Shown piece after piece: positions 30,533-38,520 of a stretch of DNA of 64,000 nucleotides. This DNA comes from Candidatus Omnitrophota bacterium. GTDB lineage: Bacteria; Omnitrophota; Omnitrophia; Omnitrophales; Aquincolibacteriaceae. Both the position numbers and the translations under genes were made by a program. Position 1 is the first letter of the stretch, and each line of letters begins with the position of its first letter. The notes under the pieces are model-generated. The model saw only the letters and a list, made by a program, of their open reading frames with translations. It did not search any database and had not been told where the DNA came from. Location: assembly GCA_035352955.1 (NCBI GenBank), contig DAOPYQ010000003.1, forward strand, positions 12,901 to 76,900, written 5' to 3'.

Positions 30533-31147
30533 TTAGAGGCTCAGAAAGTTGCGGATCAGGCGAAAGCCTGCCTTCGAGCTTTTTTCGGGATGAAATTGTG
30601 TGCCGAGGATATTTTTATGGGCGACTACGGACGTGAAGTGGCCGCAGTAGGGGGTTTGGGCCACCACATCCTCTTCGTTTAATGCCCGGAAGTGATAGCT
30701 GTGCACAAAATAGAAATCATCGCGGTCCTGGATGCCAGAGAGGATCGGATGCGGCCGAGTGATCGAGATCTCATTCCACCCAACGTGCGGCAGACGCTCC
30801 TCACCTGACGGAGGACTAAGTTTTTCAACCTTACCGGGGATGAGGCCGAGTCCCTCCATGTTACCGCCTTCTGTGCCATGGTCCGCAAGCAGCTGCATTC
30901 CGAGACAGATCCCTAAGAGAGGGATCTTCTCGACGAGAGCGGCCTGGCGGATCTCCTGGATCCAATCCATGGTGTTCAGATGCTGCATACCATCGTAGAA
31001 GGAGCCGACTCCTGGCAGCACAATTTTAGAGGCGCTGCGCAGTTCCGAGGGGGTCTGGCTGCAGGTCACTTGGGCGCCGCATTCCTCGAAGGAGCGACGG
31101 ACGGAGCCAAGATTTCCCATGTTGTAGTCAATGATCACGACATTCAT
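30533..31147 (-). CDS. HisH-like class I glutamine amidotransferase (WbuY-type)
   Basis: 'VVIIDYNMGNLGSV', 'LPGVGSF', 'GICLGMQLL' catalytic Cys region; 'HSY' near the C-terminus. Confidence 0.8.
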   Translation of the reverse strand: MNVVIIDYNMGNLGSVRRSFEECGAQVTCSQTPSELRSASKIVLPGVGSFYDGMQHLNTMDWIQEIRQAALVEKIPLLGICLGMQLLADHGTEGGNMEGLGLIPGKVEKLSPPSGEERLPHVGWNEISITRPHPILSGIQDRDDFYFVHSYHFRALNEEDVVAQTPYCGHFTSVVAHKNILGTQFHPEKSSKAGFRLIRNFLSL

Positions 31148-32300
31148 GGTCTAGGATTATCATCGTTGATCTTTTTGAGATTGCCGAGTCGGTCTTTGAG
31201 GAGGTTTCCGCGCGCATCGGCCAAAAAGATCTTTTTATTGGTGAACCGGTCGCAGATCTTGATGAAGTCTTCCACCGTGATGTTCAGGGGCTCGAGGATC
31301 TTTTCTAAAGGCTTTCCAAGATAGGTCCAGGGGAACTTTCCGTCATGCAATTTGATGAGTTCAAGTGCGTCCTGCCTTGTGATCCTTCCCCGCCGTACGT
31401 GAAGACATGCGATGTCCGTGGCGCGGCTGAAACCGAACTTCAGGAATTTGAAGTAATCATGGATCCCGGTCTGATGATTATCCACGTTCTCATAGTTGAC
31501 GATGGATCCTTCGACCGTGGCGGAGTGGGGTTCAAAGCCATGTGCTTGAGCCAGCAGCGCATTGGAATAACCGTCCCATCCCAGGTAGTATCCAGGAAGA
31601 TGCCGGTCACGCCGACCCGAGCAAGCTCTTCATCCGAAGGATACGTGTAAGGTATCAATTGTTCTTTCTTGATCCCGTCCTGCCCGATCATATCCGAAAC
31701 ACGAAGGCCAAGAAGCCCTCCGAATTCTTCAAGCCAGCGCCGATTCAGAACATTGTTGGAACTGGCGCTCGCAGGGCCGCCATATTCGTTCTGGGAATTC
31801 TCGCCCCAGATCAAAAGCGGAACGCCATATTGGACCGCGGCCCTTACCGGGATCGTAAAAATCCCGACATGCTCGGGCCACGAGACATCTCCCACTTGCA
31901 TGAGTCCGATCCGATTCAGTTTCCGTCGAACCACTTTGTTCGGCGAAAATTCAATATAGTCCACGCCAAGGCTCTTAATATTCTCAATGTTGCGTCTCCC
32001 GACCGGCGAAAGATCACAGGTGGTCGCCGTCACGCAAAGGGGGTTCATCCCAAGCTGAAGCATGCGGATCACCTGGTATGTGGAATCCTTGCCGCCGCTT
32101 ACCGGAACGATGCAGTCCCAGCGGGTGCCGTCCTTGGAGCGGTATTTATCGAGAACAACGCACAACTCCTTGCGACGGGCGTCCCAATCCACCACTTTGC
32201 GGGTCTCATAACTGCGGCATGCATTACAAATGCCTTCCTCATCGATGTGAAGATCGGGTTTGGTATGAGGCATGACGCATCGTGTGCAATATTTCAGCAT
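31144..32300 (-). CDS. N-acetyl sugar amidotransferase (WbuX/PseA-like PP-loop ATPase), split by an apparent frameshift near 31575-31630
   Basis: N-terminus 'MLKYCTRCVMP...CNAC' zinc ribbon and 'VPVSGGKDS' PP-loop. Start ~32300 has a good RBS. The C-terminal 'HQTGIHDYFKFLKFG...FPWTYLGKPLE' continues in another frame (ORFs 31440-32522 and 31144-31485). Confidence 0.7.
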
Positions 32301-32311
32301 AAAAATCCCTC

Positions 32312-32962
32312 CTAGGAATGTGCCGGCTTTTCCAGAAGAAACCAGGTGATATCGTCTTGAGGAAAGTGAAGGTCGCGATGATAACCGAAGCCGTAGTTTA
32401 AAAGCCGTAGGCCGGGATACCGGTCCAGCATTTCTCCGGCAAAGTCCCGTTTGAACAGCCGGTCTGTATGGCCGCGGTACGGGATAGTTGTCGGGCTTGG
32501 ATTGTAGTATTCGGCGATGCAAATATACCGGGCGCTCGAACGATAAAGCGTTTCATAGACCTTGGCGAGGTAATCAGGATTGATGTGGATCAGCACTCCC
32601 TTGATCAACACCATGTCCCATGTCCTCCTGGTTTTGAAATCAAGGATCGAAACCGGAAAAAGCTCGACGTCCTTCATGTTCTTTTTAAGCGCGGTATTGG
32701 CTTTTTGATTGATCTCAACGGAAGCAAGCGACGCTTCCGGTAAAAGCACTCGAAGCGCCTGGAGGTTCAATCCGATGTTGGCGCCAAATTCAATGACCGA
32801 ACCGATCTTTCCGGTGCCAGCAAGGACCTTTGCGAAAAGAGCGGTATTCGCCGCGATCCAGTTATTCCCCCGGTTGCGCGCAACGTACTCTTCTCCGAAT
32901 TTTCCGGCCCAGAACTTTTCCTGATCCGTTTTGTAATTGCGTGAATTACTCCTTGCCATCAA
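32312..32962 (-). CDS. Pseudaminic acid biosynthesis-associated methyltransferase-like protein
   Basis: 216 aa; 'SVIEFGANIGLNLQAL' motif I. Size and neighbourhood match the Pse-associated methylase family. Confidence 0.65.
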   Translation of the reverse strand: MMARSNSRNYKTDQEKFWAGKFGEEYVARNRGNNWIAANTALFAKVLAGTGKIGSVIEFGANIGLNLQALRVLLPEASLASVEINQKANTALKKNMKDVELFPVSILDFKTRRTWDMVLIKGVLIHINPDYLAKVYETLYRSSARYICIAEYYNPSPTTIPYRGHTDRLFKRDFAGEMLDRYPGLRLLNYGFGYHRDLHFPQDDITWFLLEKPAHS

Positions 32963-32979
32963 AATCCTCCTCGGGATCT

Positions 32980-34020
32980 TTAACGGGATTTCGCTCTTCT
33001 TGGTTTGGAAATTCCAAGGTCGTAGCCAAGACGGGTCAGTATTTTTCTCATTTGATCCACCGAAAGATGGCGCGGATTGTTGAGCGAGTCATATTCGAAA
33101 TCATCGCGCACCTGTTTTCCGCCCTTCATCTTGGAGGAGCGGAGTCCCCAGAACTCAAATTCGGGTTCAACGATGAAGAAATCATTGAATTCCAAGGAGT
33201 GACGGGCGTCGCTCACAGGCAAAAGAACTTCATGCAGCTTTTCGCCAGGGCGAATGCCCACGATCTTGGTTTTAATGCCGGGGGCAATGGCTTCAGCGAG
33301 CGCCATGATATTCATGCTCGGGATTTTAGGGATGAAGATCTCTCCCCCTGCCATGCGTTCAAGACATTTCAAAACGAAATGGGCGCCTTCTTCAAGGGTG
33401 ATCCAAAAACGTGTCATGCGAGGATCAGTGATGGGAAGGACCCCTTCATGCCGTTTTTCCATAAAAAAAGGAACCACGCTGCCGCGGCTGCCTAGGACGT
33501 TGCCATAGCGAACCACGCTGAATACGTCCTGATTGCCTCCGGCATAAGAGTTGCCATCGACAAAAAGTTTGTCCGAGCAAAGTTTCGTCGCTCCGTAAAG
33601 ATTGATGGGGTTCGCGGCTTTGTCAGTGCTGAGCGCAATCACCTTCTTGACCTTTTGGTCAATGGCGCAATCAATGATGTTCTGAGCGCCGATGATATTG
33701 GTTTTGACCGCCTCAAAGGGATTGTATTCAGCGGCGGGCACTTGTTTCATTGCGGCGGCATGAATGACGTAGTCCACGTTATGAAAGGCGCGCAACAGTC
33801 TTTCTTTATCGCGAACGTCGCCCAGGAAATAGCGGATCGCCGGGTATTTTTGAGGTGAAAAGGTCTGCGCCATTTCGAATTGCTTGAATTCGTCACGGCT
33901 AAAAATAATGATCCGCCGGGCGGCACATTGATCCAAAAGGATATTAGTCAGCATTTTTCCTAACGAACCGGTCCCTCCGGTGATTAAGATCGTTTTATTG
34001 TTTAAAAAATCGTAGCTCAC
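32980..34020 (-). CDS. pseB: UDP-N-acetylglucosamine 4,6-dehydratase (inverting), PseB
   Basis: 'KTILITGGTGSLGK', 'YGATKL', 'RYGNVLGSRGSVVPFF' are canonical PseB/FlaA1 motifs. Confidence 0.85.
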   Translation of the reverse strand: MSYDFLNNKTILITGGTGSLGKMLTNILLDQCAARRIIIFSRDEFKQFEMAQTFSPQKYPAIRYFLGDVRDKERLLRAFHNVDYVIHAAAMKQVPAAEYNPFEAVKTNIIGAQNIIDCAIDQKVKKVIALSTDKAANPINLYGATKLCSDKLFVDGNSYAGGNQDVFSVVRYGNVLGSRGSVVPFFMEKRHEGVLPITDPRMTRFWITLEEGAHFVLKCLERMAGGEIFIPKIPSMNIMALAEAIAPGIKTKIVGIRPGEKLHEVLLPVSDARHSLEFNDFFIVEPEFEFWGLRSSKMKGGKQVRDDFEYDSLNNPRHLSVDQMRKILTRLGYDLGISKPRRAKSR

Positions 34021-34061
34021 TTTGACCTCCTGGTTAATATGCGAACGGACTGCTTTTTCAG

Positions 34062-36131
34062 CTAAGATTGAGACGGTACGGCTCTGACAGTTCTAAAAAG
34101 ACTATGGACGTTCCCTACTCGCGTTATGATCTTGCTCAAAGCGCTGACGGAAGTCCCATAGCGCTTAAAAAGATCCTGGCGTGTTTTCATTTGCTCATCG
34201 GTATACTCAAAAACATAATGGATCTTCGCAGCGCCTGAGAAATGCGACAGCGGGGTTTGTTCCTCCGCTTTATGCCATTTTAAAAGGTCATAGGGGCTTA
34301 ACATGCTGATGGGTGAAGTGTCTGCTTCGCTGTCGATGCAGCCGGCGAGCCTGTTCTTTTCAAATGAAACGAGCGTATCGATCTCTTGGTGAAGTTGTTC
34401 GATCATTTTCTTGTGCGGCGGACGTTCGGAAACGATCTTTTTGATCGTGTTGCCGATATGTTCTGCCCAAAGGCCTGCGGCTAAAGCTAAGCCTAAGCTT
34501 TTGTATTTATAGATGAGGTTCCCTCCGAGCTCGCCGCGGAGAAGCTTTTCATAGTTCTCGTCCCGCATAAAAAATTCGATAAGGTCTTCCTCGGAATCCC
34601 AAAGCTCGTCCCGTGTTTCCTTCAAAAAGTCATTAACGATATCGCGGATCTTTTGGGGCGCTTCCGGAATGGCGGCGTAAAGACCTAGGATCATGTCGTC
34701 GGTCTTGATCCCAAGATCCCTGGCATAATGAAAAAGCATCTGGAACGGACTGTCGCTGTAAAGAGTTTCAACGAAAAGGCATAAACCGCGAAGCCATAAA
34801 TAATCTTCAAAGGGCATATCCTTCGTGGCGATGCCGACCTCTTCATAATCAAAGATCCGCTTGCCATCGTATTCTCCAAAGTTAAGCGGTACGATACGGA
34901 ACTTGCCTTGGATCCCGAATTTCTTCCGATATTCCGGGTCTTGAAACTCGGTCCCCTGAAGAAGCATGAGCGAATAAATGCACATGCTGGTGATCCCGGC
35001 ATCCATCAATTGACGTACCCCCCGCACGAAGGTTTCTTTGCTTTCACCGGGAAGCCCGATGATCATTTCGCCGCGAGTGATCCTTCCTTTTTTTTGAAGA
35101 TGCTTCGTAATGGCGGAAAAGTGTTCGATCTTGATATTGTCACGGTGAATGTTCTTTAGAACTTTCGGTTCCATGGATTGCACCGCCATGGTCACAGGGA
35201 AGGATTCCCCCATGAGATCGGTGATCTGGATCACTCTCTCCTTGTTATTCTTACCGGTCGAGGCAAGAATCTGCCGGGGCCATCCGTATTTTCTTTGGGT
35301 GCGATAGAGCGCTTCGGCGATCTCTTTGTCGCGAGGATACATGCCGAAATTCGTGTCCGCGATGTGCAGATTGACGATCCCGAGTTGACCCGCGCGCGGC
35401 GCGATGTAATCGATCTCGTTGACGATGCGCTCCACGGAAAACATGGCGATCGGATTGAAGTATTTATGACTTGTGTGGCAATAGGAACATGTGAACGGAC
35501 AACCGCGATTCGTTTCAATGAAAGGCGTCAGAACACCATCAAAAAAAGGATCCAGGAGGCCGGTCAGATAAGGAGATGGGATCTCATCGAGATTTTTTAG
35601 ACGCGGCGTGACACCGCCTGTGATGAGTTGCGGATGCTTGGACGTGCGTGAACCGGGTGCAAGATAAACACATCCGGCAAGGGGCTGTTTCAAAATGCCT
35701 TTTTCCGGATCCCGTTGCAAAAGTAATTGGCGGATCACATTGCAGAATGAGACCTCGCCTTCAAATTCGAGAAAGATATCCGTGTTCGGCCGCTGAAGTA
35801 CGAACGGAAGTTGGAGCGCATGATCATGCGGAAAGTTGGCCCCGCCTTGAAGGGTCACCATATTAGGGTTCAACCGTTTTCCAATGCCGGCAACGTGTTC
35901 TGAGAGATGACTATTCCAGCAATAATTGCTCAGCGCAAGAACATCGGGCGGTGAATCTTTGAGCGCTTGGATCGCTTTTAAGGGAAGTTTGAAAAGGGAT
36001 ATCTCAACGCTTTCGCCAAGTTGTTTTTTTAAATACGAGGCAATAAACGCGATATTCAGCGGGATCGTATCATTGACCACCATCTTCACATAATGCGTCA
36101 GGTCGCAGAGATAAATTCTGAGAGGTTTCAT
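34062..36131 (-). CDS. B12-binding (class B) radical SAM enzyme (689 aa) embedded in the pse operon
   Basis: N-terminal B12-like domain, 'TNRGCPFTCSYCHTS' cluster, and a ~250-aa C-terminal extension. Confidence 0.8.
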   Translation of the reverse strand: MKPLRIYLCDLTHYVKMVVNDTIPLNIAFIASYLKKQLGESVEISLFKLPLKAIQALKDSPPDVLALSNYCWNSHLSEHVAGIGKRLNPNMVTLQGGANFPHDHALQLPFVLQRPNTDIFLEFEGEVSFCNVIRQLLLQRDPEKGILKQPLAGCVYLAPGSRTSKHPQLITGGVTPRLKNLDEIPSPYLTGLLDPFFDGVLTPFIETNRGCPFTCSYCHTSHKYFNPIAMFSVERIVNEIDYIAPRAGQLGIVNLHIADTNFGMYPRDKEIAEALYRTQRKYGWPRQILASTGKNNKERVIQITDLMGESFPVTMAVQSMEPKVLKNIHRDNIKIEHFSAITKHLQKKGRITRGEMIIGLPGESKETFVRGVRQLMDAGITSMCIYSLMLLQGTEFQDPEYRKKFGIQGKFRIVPLNFGEYDGKRIFDYEEVGIATKDMPFEDYLWLRGLCLFVETLYSDSPFQMLFHYARDLGIKTDDMILGLYAAIPEAPQKIRDIVNDFLKETRDELWDSEEDLIEFFMRDENYEKLLRGELGGNLIYKYKSLGLALAAGLWAEHIGNTIKKIVSERPPHKKMIEQLHQEIDTLVSFEKNRLAGCIDSEADTSPISMLSPYDLLKWHKAEEQTPLSHFSGAAKIHYVFEYTDEQMKTRQDLFKRYGTSVSALSKIITRVGNVHSLFRTVRAVPSQS

Positions 36132-36868
36132 GCGTCCGCCTTAAAAGTTTTCTGTTGAACATGGGAATTGACGATTAATTCAGGCCGACGTCTGACAAGG
36201 GCCATGACCGAATCGATGCCAAAAAAATGGTCTTGAGCATAAAGCGCTTCGAATATTTCCTGAATGAACCTGAAATCCTCGGGAGTGTCCACGGTCACGC
36301 GCAGCGTCGGTTGCATCTGGTCAGATTTAGCGCGAACCTGGCCAAGTTTAAACCATGAAGGATGCTCCCAAATGTAAGGCGTTACATGTTCACGCTCGTA
36401 AGGGACGCGGGCCTCGGAAGCTGCCTTTTTGAGGCTCGCGAAAGTCATAACCTCCGTATCATACCCCCTTGGATAAGAGCGCTCCAGAGTATTGCTTGTG
36501 TAATCAAAACCGCCGTCTACATGCGTCTTGATGATCCGTTCAATGATGTTTGGATCAAGCATCGGACAGTCACCCGTGCAGCGGACCACATGTTGGGGCT
36601 TGTAACGATCGGCCGCTTGACAGTAGCGGTCCAAGACGTCATTTTCGCTTCCGGCGAACCCCTCGACTCCTTCGGCGCGGGCTAGCTCGAGGATCGGCTG
36701 ATTTTCTTTTCTATCGCCAGTCGCAATCACAATACGATCAAGCGAACGACATCGTTTTAGCCGAACGATGGAATGCAACAGCATGGGTTTCCCACACAAC
36801 GGCAAAAGCACTTTCCCCGGTAGCCTTTCAGAGCCCATCCTGGCTTGAATAATCGCAATCGTGCTCAT
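36128..36868 (-). CDS. pseF: CMP-pseudaminic acid synthetase-like cytidylyltransferase (PseF/SpsF family)
   Basis: 'IAIIQARMGSERLPGKVL' signature. Confidence 0.8.
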   Translation of the reverse strand: MSTIAIIQARMGSERLPGKVLLPLCGKPMLLHSIVRLKRCRSLDRIVIATGDRKENQPILELARAEGVEGFAGSENDVLDRYCQAADRYKPQHVVRCTGDCPMLDPNIIERIIKTHVDGGFDYTSNTLERSYPRGYDTEVMTFASLKKAASEARVPYEREHVTPYIWEHPSWFKLGQVRAKSDQMQPTLRVTVDTPEDFRFIQEIFEALYAQDHFFGIDSVMALVRRRPELIVNSHVQQKTFKADA

Positions 36869-38076
36869 GACCGGCGGCTCCGTGTTTTAGGTGATAATTT
36901 GTTCGCCGGTGATGACGCATAAGACAAGATGACCTCTTTGACGGTTCGAGATGTGAACTTGATCTCCTCATCCGTCAATTTTGGGAACATGGGCAGAGAA
37001 ATTGCGGAATCGTAGTAAGCGACGGCGTTAGGACAATCTTTTGAATTATAGCCAAGCGCTCGATAATAAGGTTGTGATGGGATCGGGATATAGTGGACCT
37101 GGACACCCAATCCCCTGCGTTGAAGCTCAATGAATATGTCTTTGCGCTTTGAAGCGAGTTCTTTATGAAGGCGCATGACAAAAAGATGATACACATGCTT
37201 GTAAGAAGGCTTTTCGACGGGTGTCGACACGGAAAGATCTTTGAAGGCCGCGCAATAGTTTCGCGCGATCTGACGACGACGTGCGACAAACTGGCTGAGT
37301 TTTTTTAGTTGTGCGCTGCCCATAGCCGCTTGAAGGTCGGTCAATCGATAATTAAAGCCCAAATGTTGCATTTCGTAATACCAGGGTCCGACATTCTTGT
37401 CTAAAAGTTTTTGAGGATCTCGAGTAACCCCATGAGTTCTGAGTTCCGATAGGCGCTCATAGAAAGCGCGATCGTTGGTTGTGATGGCTCCGCCTTCGCC
37501 CGTAGTAATGTGCTTGACTGGATGAAAACTGAAGATCGCCATATCGGAATGACGGCAAGCACCGACCTTGCATGATCCATAACTTGCCCCGAGCGCGTGA
37601 GCTGCGTCCTCAAGAACCTTAAGCCCATGTTTTTTCGCAATGCAGTGAATTATTTCTAGATCCGCCGCATGGCCGCCAAAGTCCGTGACGAAGATCGCTT
37701 TCGTTCTCGAAGAAATTTTTTTTTCAATGAGGTGCGTATCTATGCACTGCGTTTCGGGATCAATATCAACAAAGACCGGCTTTGCGCCCACGTAGAGAGC
37801 AGCGTTTGAAGTGGCAAGAAAGCTGATCGGAGTGGTAATAACTTCGTCGCCCGGTTTGAGCTCGAGTGCGAGGGCCGCAAGATGAAGAGCGGCAGTTCCA
37901 TTGGCCACAGCAACCGCATATTTAGCGCCCACGGTTTTTGCCAAAAGACATTCAAATTCACGCACTTTTGGCCCTTGTGTAAGGAAGTCGGATCTCAGGA
38001 CCTTACAAACGGCGTCAATTTCTTCTTTGCCTAGGCATTGCTTCCCATACGGAATGATTGTTGATCGTTTAGTCAC
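36865..38076 (-). CDS. pseC: DegT/DnrJ/EryC1-family PLP aminotransferase (PseC-like)
   Basis: 'IPYGKQCLGKEEIDAV', 'VANGTAALHLA', 'FSFHPVKHITTGEGG' (Lys-PLP region). Confidence 0.85.
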   Translation of the reverse strand: MTKRSTIIPYGKQCLGKEEIDAVCKVLRSDFLTQGPKVREFECLLAKTVGAKYAVAVANGTAALHLAALALELKPGDEVITTPISFLATSNAALYVGAKPVFVDIDPETQCIDTHLIEKKISSRTKAIFVTDFGGHAADLEIIHCIAKKHGLKVLEDAAHALGASYGSCKVGACRHSDMAIFSFHPVKHITTGEGGAITTNDRAFYERLSELRTHGVTRDPQKLLDKNVGPWYYEMQHLGFNYRLTDLQAAMGSAQLKKLSQFVARRRQIARNYCAAFKDLSVSTPVEKPSYKHVYHLFVMRLHKELASKRKDIFIELQRRGLGVQVHYIPIPSQPYYRALGYNSKDCPNAVAYYDSAISLPMFPKLTDEEIKFTSRTVKEVILSYASSPANKLSPKTRSRRS

Positions 38077-38112
38077 TACAACACCTGTTCGCCATGAGAA
38101 TTAAGCATAAGA

Positions 38113-38361
38113 TTAAAACTGGGGCAGTTCTTCATCATGAGCCCAGCGTCGAGCTCGGTTATAAGCTTTTCCGACACCATCTTCTAGTTTCGGAGAGAGA
38201 ATCCGCAAAAGCTCCTTTCCCATGATGCGGTATTGTTTACCGACTTTGGCTGCCCGAATGAGCCCACTTTTAATCATCCGGGTCATGGTGCTAGAACTGA
38301 TCTTTAGCAGCACCTGAGATTCTTTAGGCGTATATACCGAATTTTCGTGAATAGGATCCAT
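38113..38361 (-). CDS. Small helix-turn-helix DNA-binding protein (excisionase/MerR-like family)
   Basis: 82 aa. 'LLKISSSTMTRMIKSGLIRAAKVGKQYRI' resembles the excisionase-family HTH. First gene after a 160-bp AT-rich region and 36 bp upstream of pseC. Confidence 0.5.
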   Translation of the reverse strand: MDPIHENSVYTPKESQVLLKISSSTMTRMIKSGLIRAAKVGKQYRIMGKELLRILSPKLEDGVGKAYNRARRWAHDEELPQF

Positions 38362-38520
38362 TGAATAGCTCCTTGGACTTTTCGAAAAGATATATACGTA
38401 TAGCCCCTTTTAGCACTCACGTCAATAATAATCACGTCCAGTCATTACTAGTCATTAAATGTGCCTTAATATGACTATAAATGAATAAAATCATTATTTA
38501 TATGAGCGTCTTCGAAATAT
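38362..38520 (-). promoter_or_regulatory. AT-rich intergenic region with direct repeats and an imperfect palindrome; probable promoter/operator of the pse operon
   Basis: ~30% GC versus ~50% around it. 'agtcattactagtcattaaatg' direct repeat; 'ataaatgaataaaatcattatttat' imperfect palindrome; several TATA-like hexamers. Confidence 0.4.

Noticed and set aside
31542-32315. 257-aa plus-strand ORF
   Set aside because: It is antisense to the WbuX-like amidotransferase and has no motifs.
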